This document shows positions 24,154-37,916 of a stretch of DNA of 64,000 nt, in pieces (position 1 is the first letter of the stretch; the number at the start of each line of letters is the position of its first letter). This DNA comes from Malacoraja senta (Eukaryota): NCBI GenBank assembly GCA_038087875.1, contig CM075986.1, positions 33,108,001-33,172,000 on the forward strand. The letters are read 5' to 3'. The position numbers were made by a program, and so were the translations under genes. The notes under the pieces were generated by a model. It did not search any database, was not told the DNA's origin, and was given only the letters and a program-made list of their open reading frames with translations.

Positions 24154-24561
24154 TAAATGTTGCAAGGAATGGATGTGTTTGGTTATAATCATCCAAGGAT
24201 AAGCAAGACACAATGTCTCTTGTGGAAGATACCAATATTTGGAGAGTATCCATACTCTGCCAGGTTTCATATGAGGCAATTTCCCCCCGACACCGCGATG
24301 GTGGAACCACATGACTGTCACTGATATGGGACGGGATTGAGCATCTTGCAAAACCACATGTTTAACAATATCACATTGCTGATTAAAACAAGATTCACAA
24401 AGCAAGAACATTGTACACTGTTAAACTAGGCTTACAAATTTCTGAAGACACTACAACAACTGTCATCCACACTAATATCACGCACATAACTATTTGTGAA
24501 AATAATTTGCTCGCCATTTTGCTTAAAGTAGGAGGGGTTGTGAAATAGACAACATCGTACC

Positions 24562-27000
24562 CCAAGAAAGAGAGTTTGTAGAATGCCTCCGAGATGGATC
24601 TTAGAGCAGCTTGTAATGGAGCCGACCAGAGAAAAGGCAATTCTGGATTTAGTGTTGTCCAATGAACCAGATATGATAAGAGAAATCGAGGTAAAGGAAC
24701 CGCTTGGAGGTAGTGATCATAATATGATTAGTTTTAATTTGCAATTTGAGAAGGAGAAGGTTAAATCGGAAGTGGCAGTGATGCAGTTGAACAAAGGGGA
24801 CTATGAAGGCATGAGAGGGGAGCTGGCCAAAGTAAATTGGAAAGGGATCCTAGCAGGAATAACGGTGGAACAGCAATGGCAGGAATTTCTGGGCATAATC
24901 CGGAAGACGCAGGATCATTTCATTCCAAAAAGGAAGGAAGATTCTAAGGGGAGTAGGAGGCAACCGTGGCTGACAAGAGAAGTTAGGGATTGAATAAAAC
25001 TAAAAGAAAAGATGTATAACACAGCAAAGAGTAGCCGGAAGCCAGAGGATTGGGAAACTTTCATAGGACAACAGAAGGAAACAAAACGGGGAATACGGGC
25101 TGAAAAGATGAAGTAAGAGGGGAATATAAGATGAAGTCCTGGCCAGGAATATAAAGAAGGACAGTAAAAGCTTCTTTAGATATGTTAAGGGAAAAAGAGT
25201 AGCAAAGTCAAATGTGGGTCCCTTGAAGGCAGACACGGGTGAAATTATTATGGGCAACAAAGAAATGACAGAAGAGTTGAATAGGTACTTCGGATCTGTC
25301 TTCACTAAGGAAGACACAAACAATCTCTCAGATGTACTGGAGGACAGAGGATCTAAGTGGGTAGAGGAACTGAAAGAAATTTTCACTAGGCTTGAAATAG
25401 TATTGGGTAGACTAATGGGACTGAAGGATGATAAATCCTCTGGGCCTGATGGTCTGCATCCCAGGGCCCTCAGGGAGGTGGCTCTAGAAATAGTGGACGC
25501 ATTGGTGATCATTTTCCAATGTTCAATAGATTCAGGATCAGATCCTGTGGATTGGAGGATAGCTAATGTTATCCCACTTTTCAAGAAAGGAGCGAGAGAG
25601 AAAACGGGGAATTACAGACTGACTTCGGTGGTGGGAAAGATGCTGGAGTCAATTATTAAAGAGGTAATAATGGGGCATTTGGATAGCAGTAAAAGGATTA
25701 GTCCAAGTCGACATGGATTTATGAAAGGGAAATCATGCTTGACTAATCTTCTGGAATTTTTTGAGGATGTGACAAGTAAAATGGATGAAGGGGAGCCAGT
25801 GGATGTAGTGTATCTAGACTTTCAGAAAGCCTTTGATAAGGTCCCGCACGGGAGACTGGTGACTAAAATTAGAGTGCATTGTATTGGGGGTAGGGTGTTG
25901 ACATGGATTGAAAATTGGTTGGCAGACTGGAAGCAAAGAGTAGGAGTGAACGGGTCCTTTTCAGGATGGCAGGCAGTGGCGAGTGGAGTGCCGAAAGGCT
26001 CGGTGTTGGGGCCGCAACTGTTTACCATATATCTTAATGATTTGGAAGAGGGGATTAGGTGCAACACTAGCAAGTTTGCAGATGACACAAAGCTGGGTGG
26101 CAGTGTGAACTGTGAAGAGGATGTTAGGAGGTTGCATGGTGACCTGCACAGGTTGAGTGAGTGGGCAGATGATTGGCAGATGCAGTATAATATAGATAAA
26201 TGTGAGGTTATCCACTTTGGTGGCAAAAACAAGGGGGCAGATTATTATCTCAATGGGGCTAGGTTAGGTAAGGGAGGTACAGCGAGACCTGGGTGTCCTT
26301 GTACACCGGTCACTGAAAGTTGGCGTGCAGGTACAGCAGGCAGTGAAGAAAGCTAATGGAATGTTGGCCTTCATAACAAGAGGATTTTAGTATAGGAGTA
26401 AAGAGGTTCTTCTGCAGTTGTATAGGGCTCTGGTGAGACCACATCTGGAGTATTGTGTACAGTTTTGGTCTCCTAATTTGAGGAAGGACATCCTTGTGAT
26501 TGAGGCAGTGCAGCGTAGGTTCACGAGATTGATCCCTGGGATGGCGGGACTGTCATATGAGGAAAGATTGAAAAGACTAGGCTTGTATTCACTGGAGTTT
26601 AGAAGGATGAGGGGGATCTTACAGAAACATATAAAATTATAAAAGGACTGGACAAGCTAGATGCAGGAAAAATGTTCCCAATGTTGGGCGAGTCCAGAAC
26701 CAGAGGCCACAGTCTTAGAATAAAGGGGAGGTAATTTAAGACTAAGGAGAGAAAAAACTTTTTCTCCCAGAGAGTTGAGAATTTATGGAATTCCCTGCCA
26801 CAGAGGGCAGTGGAGGCCAAATCACTGGATGGATTTAAGAGCGTGTTAGATAGAGCACAGATGGAGTTAGATGGAGTCAAGGGGAGAAGGCAGGCACAGG
26901 TTATTGATAGGGGACGATCAGCCATGATCACAATGAATGGCGGTGCTGGCTCGAATGGCCGAATGGCCTCCTCCTGCACCTATTTTCTATGTTTCTATGT
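24562..27000 (+). mobile_element. Degenerate CR1 LINE (EN-RT, 3' end)
   Basis: ORFs 24583-24993, 25214-26356, 26418-26642 with CR1 RT motifs; TTTCTATG tail at about 26985. Confidence 0.88.
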
Positions 27001-28475
27001 ACATTGACAAATGTTATGTCCTCTGTCAGACAGACACAGTGTATATGACTCTTGTTTAAGAAGGAACTGTAGATGCTGGAAAATCATAGATAGGCAAAAA
27101 TGCTGGAGAAACTCAGCGGGTGAGGCAGCATCTTTGGAGCGAAGTAAATAGGCGACGTTTTGGGTTGAGACCCTTCTTATGACCTTGCTTTCTACGCAGC
27201 TGAAGGCTTTGATCTCCAGGCTCACTGAAAGTTTCAATTCTGACACCCTCCACAATAAGTGTTTGAGAGCAAAAACAGCTCATGTGGCCCAAGTGACTGA
27301 GTGTGTAAACAGTGCACACATGAGAGTGAGCTGAGTGGATGCTGCTCATGATGCTGCTTCAGAAGACAAGTGGCAGTGCAGGTCAGTCAGGGGCAATGAA
27401 TGAATAAATCATTCTCTTCCTCGCCCAATGATTCTGAAGTGAAACGGGAAAATACATCTAATGCAGAATTTCATCCCAATCTGCAGCAGGAGGGGGACCT
27501 TGATACTTTGAACCATTTATGATTTGCTCTGCTGTCACTGGAGAGTCAGCCACTAATTTATTTCAGATAGTTTCTATCAATTACTGAAACGCCTCAAAGT
27601 CTTCAATGGAGTAGTCACACTAAACTGACACTAGTCTGTAGCCATTTTGCTACAGGTGTGGAGTTGTGTACTGGCCAGAACAGATATGATGACACATTCC
27701 CTTCCATGAAGTGCAGCAGTGAACTATCGACATGCTTCACCACCAACGGAAGCGTTTTACGTCAGAATGCATTTATTAATAGAATTGAAATTCCCAGCTC
27801 ACGGGTTGGAATTTTGAGCTCATGTCACCAGATCGACAACTTCTGGATTGACATTTACCGTCACTCTTCATTTCAAGGAGGGGAGATGGGGGGGGGGGAT
27901 CTGCTGAGTCAGCTTTGGTGCTTGTGGGCAAAACTGCAACGTGACACAGCAAGTGGTACAAAGGTGAAAGGAGTGCAGGCTTACAAGTGCCCAGAGTTGG
28001 AAGAATGCCATCTTTACTGAAGGTTGTGTTTGTGGTGAAGGTTTCGGAGATGGTGAGACACATGGTCAGAGTAAGACTGCGATATCACCATGTGACATTT
28101 TTAAACTGAGGGAATCCCAGGCTTGGCCCCACAAGGAGAAAAGTTGCTTTTCTCATTCATGTTGCTCAGTATTACTAATCGATGCTGCAGGGGTTCCAAG
28201 CAAAGCACATATCTAATTGTGCCCCTGTAATGTACCAGCTGATCATGGTGATGGGAAAGAGGGTCAAATCCCAGTTGACAGCTCCTTTGTTCTGTTTTTT
28301 CTGTCAAAACACCCAACCTGCTATTTAACACGAGTTTTTCTGCAATTCTGTTTGCAATAAATCTAGCCAGTGTATACTTTGATCTGCCATTGATCAGTCT
28401 TTTATGTGATGACATAAACATCTTAAAGTTATTTTATAAGACACCTGTTTGGATTTCTGCCCTGGCTTTCCATAA

Positions 28476-28820
28476 AGAGCCTGAGCCACTTACGCAATTT
28501 TATTTGGCGACTGCCAGCACCCGTCATAGTCGCAGCAGGTCACCGAAAAATGTCAACATGTTGAAAATTCAGCGGCGACCAGAAAGACGCTACGACTCTC
28601 TGGGCGACTGAGGAGACTGCTCACGACCATACAGGCAACAGCCTGACGACATGTCACGGCGGGGTGAAGCCTATATGGTCATGAGTAGTCGCCCAATGAG
28701 TTGTACCTTGTTCTGGTCGCCGCTGGATTTTCAACATGTTGAAAATTTTCGGCGACCTGCAACGACCTTCCGGTCGGTGCCGGTAGTTGCCGAAAAAGTC
28801 GCGTAATTGGGACAGGCCCT
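28476..28820. mobile_element. Harbinger-type palindromic MITE
   Basis: Long imperfect inverted repeat ending GGGACAGGCCCT; same family as 37917-38257. Confidence 0.75.
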
Positions 28821-28876
28821 TTAGTAACAGATGAGTCTCAACTAAAATTCAGAACTTTTCCATTTCTGATCCACAG

Positions 28877-29167
28877 AATTGTCCGTCTTCATTCAAAATC
28901 CTGGCATGAAAGAGATTTGGATCAACAAGACCGCTACGCTGGTGTGTTTAGTGATCTGTAGTGATCCGAGCCAGGTCCATCTCACCTGGAAGGTGGGAGG
29001 AAAGGAGAGAAGTGAAGGAGTTGTGAGCCATGAAGGCACCCGAAACGCAGTGATCAGTGAACTCCGGACCAGCGTGGAGGAGTGGACCAGCGGGGTGGAG
29101 TTTGTGTGCTCCGCCCAACAATCTTCATCATCCTCACCAGTGTCAGCGCGGACCAACCATAACAAAG
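28877..29167 (+). CDS. IgW: IgW CH3 exon (intact)
   Basis: CCACAG acceptor; LSVFIQNPGMKEIWINKTATLVCLVICSD...W...EEWTSGVEFVCSAQ...NHNK; donor GTGGGC at 29168; carries one extra Cys. Confidence 0.9.
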
Positions 29168-29726
29168 GTGGGCAACAGATCAGTGATTAAATGGCCGTGA
29201 CAGAGAGAGAGAGAGAGGGTACAGAGAGGATTTACAAGGATGTTGCCAGGGCTAGAGAGCTATAGGGAGAGGTTGAGTGGGCTGGGACTCTATTCCTTGG
29301 AGCGTAGGAGGATGAGGGAATATCTTATTGAGGTGTATAAAATCATGAGAGAAATAGATTGGATAGATGCACAGAGTTTCTTGCCCAGAGTAGGTGAATT
29401 GAGTACCAGAGGACATAGGTTTAAGGTGAAGGGGAAAAGATTGAATAGGAATCTGAGGGGTAACATTTTCATGCAAAGGGTGGTGGGTGTATGAAACAAG
29501 CTGCCATAGGAGGCAGTTGAGGCAGGGACTATCCTAACATTAAAAAAACAGACAGGTACATGGATAGGACAGGTTTGGAGGGATATGGACCAAACAAGGC
29601 AGGTGAGACTAGTGTAGCTGGGACATGTTGGCCGGGGTGGGCAAGTTGGGCTGAAGGGCCTGTTTCCACACTGTATCACTCTATGACTCTATCATAGAGT
29701 TTAACATTTATTTTCCTCTGTTCCAG

Positions 29727-30027
29727 TTGAGCCAAAAAAGCCTGAAGTCAGACTGCTGCTTCCAGCACACGAAGAGACCAAGAATCGAGTGTGTGGTCTC
29801 TGGATTCTACCCAGACCTCATCAACGTCACTTGGAGTAAAGACGGTGCCCTGATCTCCAACAACACCAGTGCTGCACCAACTGCTCTGGAGCAGGGGGGC
29901 ACTTTCAGTGTCAGCCACTTCCTGACCACGAGTACAGAGGATTGGAAGTCAGGCTCACGCTTCAATTGTACAGTGTATCATGGCGCCTCCAACACCATCA
30001 TCACGAAGGATGTGAAGAACATCCAAG
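29727..30027 (+). pseudogene. IgW: IgW CH4 exon with frameshifting deletion
   Basis: Splice frame reads VEPKKPEVRLLLPAHEETK then goes out of frame at about 29783 (net 17 nt missing versus CH4'), stop at 29837-29839; the other frame carries ECVVSGFYPDLINVTW...FNCTVYH; splice sites intact. Confidence 0.88.
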
Positions 30028-31018
30028 GTAGGCTCCTGGGATTCACTCCACTCTCCACATTGTAAACTGTGCCACACATGGGCAGCACTGTAACATGGTG
30101 CAGTCCTGTTGTGGGCTTGTAAGTGAGTCTGGCCACAGAAATAATTGTATCTTTAACATTGCTTTAGTAACTTGAGGGCAATCCAAGCCAGTCGACAGGC
30201 CAGACACGGTGGAGATCCACGATACTCTTCTTCAAAACGGTCTTTCCCTCTGCCTTTGTACTTAATGCAAGTGGGTGCCTCAGCTGTGACAGAGTGTCCA
30301 GCAGAGCAGCTCTCTCCCCGCCCCAGCGTGGCAACAGTCAGCCTGGGCAATGTGTAGCATCCTCTGGAGCAGGCCGGCTGCAACACCCAACATTCTGACA
30401 AAGCAGCAGGAGAGTTTAGTTACACCTCATGGATACAAACTGCATTTAAACAGTTGTGAGTAAATGAAAGGACACAAAGTGCTGGAGTAACTCAGCAGGT
30501 CAGGCAGCATCCCGGGAGGACATGGGGAGGTGAGGGTTCGGGTCGAGACCCTTCTTCATCCCACTCCGGACCACTTGGGACTAAATAAAATATTGCCGCT
30601 GCTTCTATTTTATAATATAAAGTGAAGAACTTTCCGCTGACTGGTTAGCACACAACAAAAGCTATTCACTGTATCTCGGTACACGTTACACTAAACTGAA
30701 CTGAACATTTTGACCTTGAACATTAGCTCGATTTGCCTCTCCAGAGGGAATTTTATACATTTGATTCAGTAAATAGCTGGTAACAGGTTCAGTGATCACA
30801 AAACTGTCAAATAATGTAAAAGTCATCGTGTTGATCCACATTGTTTAGCAGGGTTTCTTTGTGGGATCAATAGGAAGCTTCATTCCTACACCAATGTAGA
30901 TAAATCTCACTGATGTTGATGGGACCGACATATCATTCGGTGGAGATGAGCACAAAATGTTTGAGTGACAAGCTGCTCCATCAGGGAACGATGACATAAT
31001 AATTGTGATTTCTCCCAG

Positions 31019-31339
31019 ATGAATGTTCAGATACCCGCCCCTCGGTCACTTTAAGCAAACCTTCCTTCGAAGAGATCTGGATCAACAAGACAGCCACCAT
31101 TCTGTGTAAGGTGGTGCACGGTGATTTAGAGGGATTCAGGGTAACCTGGCAAGTGAATAGAATGAAGAGAGAAGACGGGGTGACAACTCGTGGTCCAGAG
31201 AGGATCGGAGGTGCAGACACCATCACCAGCGGACTGACGGTCCCCGCTGCAGAGTGGGAGAGTGGGGCTCTGTACACCTGTGTGGTGGAGGACAAGAGTT
31301 TGCCAACACCGGAGAGGAGATCCTTGGAGAAGCCGACAG
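31019..31339 (+). CDS. IgW: IgW CH5 exon (intact)
   Basis: CCCAG acceptor; DECSDTRPSVTLSKPSFEEIWINKTATILCKVV...W...EWESGALYTCVVEDKSLPTP...; donor GTACGT at 31340. Confidence 0.9.
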
Positions 31340-31734
31340 GTACGTGTGGACAGAGGTTGGTGCGAGTCTGATCTGAGCAAATGGACAGACTTATCACATC
31401 CAGCATAGAAAATAATTGCAGGACCAGGCCAATCAGTCCATCAATCCTGCACGGACATTCAATATGAGCACGGCTGATCATCCATATTCAGTACTCGCTT
31501 CCTGCATTCTCTCCATATCCCTTGATCCCTTTACCCTAAGAACTGGATCCAACTCATTCTTGCATATATTTAATAATTGGGCTTCAGTGCTGTCTGTGGC
31601 AGAGAATGCCCAGGTTCACACTGTCTGGGTCAAGACATTTCTCCCCCTCTCACACCTACACACCTTCACCTCAGACTGTCATCTCCTGGTCTGGATTCCC
31701 CAATATCTGAAACATCCTTCCTCTGCCTCAGTGT

Positions 31735-32970
31735 TCATAGAAACATAGACACATAGAAAATAGGTGCAGGAGGAGGCCATTCGGCTCTTCGAGCCAGCAC
31801 CACCATTCATTGTGATCATGGCTGATTGTCCACAATCAATAACCCGTGCCTGCCTTCTCCCCATATCACTTGATTCCACTAGCCCCTAGAGCTCTATCTA
31901 ACTCTCTCTTAAATCCATCCAGTGATTTGGCCTCCACTGCCCTCTGTGGCAGGGAATTCCACAAGTTCACAACTTTCTGGGGGAAAAAGTTTTTTCTCAC
32001 CTCAGTCTTAAATGGCCTCCCCTTTATTTCTAAGACTGTGACCCCTGGTTCTGGACTCGCCCAACATTGGGAACATTTTTCCTGCATCTATCTTGTCCAG
32101 TCCTTTTATAATTTTATATGTTTCTATAAGATCCCCCCTCATCCTTCTAAACTGCAGTGAATACAAGCCTAGTCTTTTCAATCTTTCCTCATATGACAGT
32201 CCCGCCATCCCAGGGATCAATCTCGTGAACCTACGCTGCACTGCCTCAATCACAAGGATGTCCTTCCACAAATTAGGAGACCAAAACTGTATGCAATACT
32301 CCAGATGTGGTCTTACCAGAGCCCTATACAACTGCAGAAGAACCTCTCTACTCCTATACTGAAATCCTCTTGTTATGAAGGTCAACATTACGTTAGCTTT
32401 CTTCACTGCCTGCTGTACCTGCATGCCAACTTTCAGTGACTGGTGTACAAGGACACCCAGGTCTCGCTGTACTTCCCCCTTACCTAACCTAACCTAACCC
32501 CATTGAGATAATAATCTTCCCCCTTGTTTTTGCCAACAAAGTGGATAACCTCACATTTATCTATATTATACTGCATCTGCCACGCATCTGCCCACTCAAC
32601 CAGTCCAGGTCACCTTGCAACCTCCTAACATCCTCTTCACAGTTCACACTGCCACCCAGCTTTGTGTCATCCGCAAACTTGCTTGTGTTGCTCCTAACTC
32701 CCTCTTCCAAATCATTAATATATATGGTAAACAGTTGCGGCCCCAACACCGAGCCTTGCTGCACTCCACTCGCCACTGCCTGCCATTCTGAAAAGGACCC
32801 GTTCACTCCTACTCTTTGCTTCCTGTCTGCCAACCAATTTTCTATCCACGTCAACACCCTAGCCCCAATACAATGTGCTCTAATTTTAGTCACCAGTCTC
32901 CCTTGTGGGCCCTTATCAAAGGCTTTCTGAAAGTCTAGATACACTACATCCACTGGCTCCCCTTCATCAA
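31735..32970 (-). mobile_element. CR1 LINE 3' fragment
   Basis: RT motifs in ORFs 32561-32953 and 32008-32424; tail at about 31740. Confidence 0.85.
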
Positions 32971-33564
32971 TCCGGTTAAGAATTTAATAGTTTATTTCAG
33001 ATTCCTTTGGATTTTTCTGAACTCCAGTGGATATTAATGGATATTGGGTGGACTTACAGGTGATCAGAGAGTGTGAGGGACCAAAAGAAGATTAAACTCA
33101 GCTAATTAACCACATCATTAAAATCCCAATCACCACGACAGCCTCGCCCAAAACCACACTTGTTCCCACGGCGTGAGCTGCTTAGACAGAGTTGAGGGAG
33201 AGGGATTTGCAGCTTTCACAAGCAGAGATACAGACTGAGTCAGGACTGGAAGGGCAGGGAGCTTGAGGCAAAGACCAGCCGATCATTTAAGCAGAAGGGG
33301 AGATGGAACAGACAGCACAGGACAAGGCAGGTCCAAGGACTGAGTTCCACTTTCTGTAGAGTCTCTGCATTCAGTGGTTCCTGTTGATTAACTAACCAAT
33401 TGAAACTCACTAGAAGCTATAGTTTAGTTTAGAGATACAGCGCAGTAACAGGCCCTTCGGCCCACCAAGTCCGCGCCGACCAGCGATCCCAGTACACTAA
33501 CACTATCCAGCACACACCAAGGACAATGTACAATTAAACCAAGCCAATTAGCCTACAAACAATA

Positions 33565-34800
33565 GACAATAGACAATAGGTTCAGGAGTAGGCCAGCACC
33601 GGCATTCAATGTGATCGTGGCTGATCATCCCCAATCAGTACCCCGATCCTGCCTTCTCCCCATATCCCCTGACTCCGCTATCGTTAAGAGCCCTATCTAG
33701 CTCTCTCTTGAAAGTATACAGACAATCGGCCTCCACCGCCCTCTGACTCACACAGAGACTCACAACTCTCTGTGTGAAAAAGTGTTTCCTCATCTCTGTT
33801 CAAAATGGCTTACCACTTATTCTTAAACTGTGACCCCTGGTTCTGGACTCCCCCAACATCGGGAACATGTTTCCTGCCTCTAACGTGTCCACACCCTTAA
33901 TAATTTGTGGATAAATGTGAGGTTATCCACTTTGGTGGCAAAAACAGGAAAGTAGACTATTACCTGAATGGTGGCCGATTAGGAAAAGGGGAGATGCAGC
34001 GAGACCTGGGTGTCATGGTACACCAGTCGTTGAAAGTAGGCATGCAGGTGCAGCAGGCAGAGAAGAAAGCGAATGGTATGTTAGCATTCATAGCAAAAGG
34101 ATTTGAGTATAGGAGCAGGGAGGTTCTACTGCAGTTGTACAGGGTCTTGGTGAGACCACACCTGGAGTATTGCGTACAGTTTTGGTCTCCTAATCTGAGG
34201 AAGGACATTCTTGCCATAGAGGGAGTACAGAGAAGGTTCACCAGACTGATTTCTGGGATGTCAGAACTTTCATTTGAAGAAAGACTGGATAGACTCGGCT
34301 TGTACTCGCTAGAATTTAGAAGATTGAGGGGGGATCTTATAGAAACTTACAAAATTCTTAAGGGGTTGGACAGGCTAGATGCAGGAAGATTGTTCCCGAT
34401 GTTGGGGAAGTCCAGAACAAGGGGTCACAGTTTAAGGATAAAGGGGAAGTCTTTTAGGACTGAGATGAGAAAAACATTTTTTACACAGAGAGTGGTGAAT
34501 CTCTGGAATTCTCTGCCACAGAATGTAGTTGAGGCCAGTTCATTGGCTATATTTAAGAGGGAGTTGGATGTGGCCCTTGTGGCTAAAGGGATCAGGAGGT
34601 ATGGAGAGAAGGCAGGTACAGGATACTGAGTTGGATGATGAGCCATGATCATATCAGGCTCGAAGGACCGAATGGCCTTCTCCTGCACCTATTGTCTATG
34701 TTTCCATGTAATCTTATGTTTCGATCAGATGCCCTCTCATCCTTCTAAATTCCAGAGTATACAAGCCCAGCCGCTCCCTTCTCTCAGCATATGACAGTCC
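33565..34800. mobile_element. Plus-strand CR1 fragment (33906-34708) nested in a minus-strand CR1 fragment
   Basis: ORF 33907-34629 is CR1 RT C-terminus; the minus-strand copy resumes after it, with TAAT at both junctions. Confidence 0.75.
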
Positions 34801-35146
34801 TGTACAGAACATGTACATTTTTGGAGTGTGGGAGGAAACCTGAGCACCCGGAGAAAACCACACTCCATACAGGCACCACCCATAGTCGGGATCAAACTCA
34901 TGTCTCTGGCATTGTAGGCAGCAATTCTACCGCTGCGCCATCATGCCGCCCTGTAAAATGCACCAGAGGCATGATTTCTATTCCATACATCCCTACAATG
35001 AGCAGAAAGGAAAAGCCTTCAGTTTCAGGTGAACTGAGGTCACTCAGGATGTAAACGGTGTCCATGTCAGTATAAGATTGGAATGTATTGGGTAAGTACA
35101 GAATTACCGACAGATTCAGTCTAACTCAGGTTCTCTCTGTTCCCAG

Positions 35147-35532
35147 ATGGAGTTGAGAGACATCCTCAAGTCTACCTCCTCCCCCCTTCATTGGATGAGG
35201 TGGAGACAGATGAGACGGCCACCTTGACGTGCCTGGTCACCAGATTCTATCCTGCAGACATCTATGTGGCCTGGATGGCCAACGACACCCTTCTGAAGAC
35301 CGGGATCGTGAACCAGCCCGTGACCAAGGACACGAGGAATGGGTGGAACACCATGACCAGTCAGTTGAAGGTTTCTCCAGAGGAGTGGAACAGTGGCACC
35401 ACCTTCTCCTGTGTTGTGGGACACAGCTCCATCACAACCAGCCTATTCAGAAGCATCAATAAATCTCACAACAAACCCACCCTGGTCAATGTCTCACTTG
35501 TTCTGACTGATAGCTTTAAATCTTGTGTATAA
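35147..35532 (+). CDS. IgW: IgW CH6 exon with canonical secretory tailpiece (intact)
   Basis: HPQVYLLPPS...ATLTCLVTRFYPADIYVAW...EEWNSGTTFSCVVGH...KPTLVNVSLVLTDSFKSCV*; tailpiece with N-V-S glycosylation site and penultimate Cys. Confidence 0.93.
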
Positions 35533-35813
35533 CATGATTCATTTCTCAAACACTTGTTTTGTTCATTTCTGGATTTATTAACTGACCCAGAGGATGATGG
35601 GTTAGTTCCCTAATACATCATAAAAATGTGAACCTTTGTAAATCATTAAAAACATAATTCCACACGAGATACAAATTAAGCCACAGCCATGATTCACCAC
35701 AAATGTCTGAGGTTCTGGATACATTTACAGAACTATTTCTGCCATGCTTGATCAGATTTCAACCCTGTATGGGATCACACGAGGTATTAAATCTATGTAT
35801 GTGTCAATGTACC

Positions 35814-35829
35814 AATAAAGTTCAATAAA
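35814..35829 (+). terminator. Tandem polyadenylation signals of the long secretory form
   Basis: AATAAA at 35814-35819 and 35824-35829 followed by a GT-rich downstream element. Confidence 0.7.
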
Positions 35830-37567
35830 TGTGATGTGAAAAGGTTTTGTGTGCGTGTCCTTGACTGGTGTGTTTTGGGTAGCTTGGGATGTGAGGTGTG
35901 CACATTCTAGGAGAAGCACATTCTGGGAGAAATAGGTGTTGTTGGATCGATGTGTCCATAACCTTCCACCATTGGGTGTTCTCACACCCACGCCTGGACC
36001 AGTTGAAGACAGAGATTGATTGTGGTCGTTGGTCGTTAACTCCATTATCACTGTGCCATGCGACCGTCAGGGTGACACAAGGTGAACTGATGGGACCATG
36101 GTCTTTCCCAGCCCAGCTGTGACAATGTACCTGATGCAAGCTCCCACACGGCAAACCAAATCTGGCCAGACCTCCTGTGTTTAGCTGTTTGGTTTCAGGA
36201 TAAATATTAGCTCAGGGCTCTGAGCAGAACTTTCGTGGTCATGTCGTGGCATTGCTGACATCTACCTGAGAAGCACCCCCTTAAAGTCTCATCCCAAAGA
36301 CAGCAGCTTTCATGAGGTGACATTGCTCACCACTGAGCCACACATGACATCTGTGTCTAACAAGGGGGATGGTTGTTTGAGGAGTCTCTGTCCTCAGTGG
36401 GTGTGCACTGATGATGTTGAATAAAAGAGACAACTCATCATTGGTAACTCTTCTATTCCAATGTTACAATTAAACATCTGCCTGTCGGTGCTTAAAGTAA
36501 ATCTGTTCTTGAATCTGCTACTACGCGCTTTCAAGCTTCTTGTATCTTCTGGAGAGGGGAGAAGAGACAATGACTGGGATGTGAGGGTTCCTCGATGATG
36601 TTGGCTGCTTTTCCTGAGGCAGCATGAAGTGTTGATGGTGGAAGGAATAATGATCTATGGTGGGGGATGCAATGCCCATTGTGTGGGCCGAGAGTTGTTC
36701 AGTTTAGTTTAGTTTATTGTCACGTAGACCGAGGCACAGTGAAAATACTTTTTGTTGCATGCTAACTAGTCAGCGGAAAGACTATATAATTACAATCAAG
36801 CCATCCACAGTATACAGATACAGGATAAAGGGAATAACGTTTTGTGCAAGGTTTATGTCCACTTAAACATAGTCCGAGGGTCTCCAGTGAGGTAGATGAT
36901 AGCTCAGGACTGCGCTCTAGTTGATGAGGGAATGGTTCAGTTGCTTGATAACAGCTGGGAAGAAACTGTCCCTGAATCTGGAGGTGTGCATTTTCACACT
37001 TCTATACCTTTTGCCTGATGGGAGAGGGGAGAAGAGGGAGTGTCCAGGGTGCGACTGGTCCTTGATTATGCTGCTGGCCTTGCTGAGGCAGCGTGAGATG
37101 TAAATGGAGTCAGTGGAAGGGAGGTTAGTTTGTGTGATGATCTGGGCTGCAACCACAATTCGCTGCCATTTCTTGGATGGAGCTCTTCCCAAACCATGCT
37201 GTGATGCATCCTGATAAAATGATTGCTATGGTGCAATACATTGAATAATTTATTGAATAACAATAAAGAATTGAACAGCATGTAGTTTTATTTGTGTTAG
37301 TGTTATTGTATTTGTATAAGTGTTGTGGAGAATGTATTGTGTTTGATTATAAGAAATTAGAATGTGCGCATAATTTCAAGGGTCAAACTCTGTATAGATG
37401 CTGAGTGGAATTTCAGAGCAGCAGGTAACTGGGACTGTGCTGCTCTCCTTGTGCACAAGTCAATAAGTGAGTCTGGAAAATGAATGCAAGTCGTCAGAGT
37501 CCAGTTGATCGGTGACGACAACACCAGGCCTAGTCCGGTTTGTAAGCTTCCTATTTCTCATCTGCAG

Positions 37568-37870
37568 AATTGTCTGTCTTTCTCCAAAACCCCTCCACTG
37601 AAGAGATTTGGATCAACAAGACCGCTACTGTGGTGTGCGTGGTAATGGGTGCTGATCTGAGCCAGGTCCAAATCTACTGGCAAGTGAGCGGAAGGGAGAG
37701 AACTACAGGGGCTGTGACCGGCCAACCAAGAGGGGAAAGGACCCAAGACAGAGTGAGCAGTAAACTCCGGAGCAGTGTGGAGGAGTGGACCAGTGGGGTG
37801 GAGGTTGTGTGCTCTGCCCAACGATCTCCATCATCCTCACCAGTGTCAGCACGGACAGAAAGTGCCAAAG
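37568..37870 (+). CDS. IgW: Duplicated CH3-like exon (CH3') downstream of the secretory exon, intact
   Basis: TGCAG acceptor; LSVFLQNPSTEEIWINKTATVVCVVM...EEWTSGVEVVCSAQRSPSSSPVSART; donor GTGGGC at 37871; clear paralogue of 28877-29167. Confidence 0.88.
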
Positions 37871-37916
37871 GTGGGCGAGAAATCGGCAATGATATGGCCA
37901 ACATTAGTTACCATGA

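Noticed and set aside
30270-30357. Possible secretory exon after CH4 (GASAVTECPAEQ...GNV*)
   Set aside because: Weak acceptor, no similarity to known tails, no nearby polyA signal noted.
8998-35532. IgNAR or IgM identity
   Set aside because: V retains a full CDR2 and GLEW; CH1 and the Cys-rich short tail match IgX/IgW-short; there are six CH positions.
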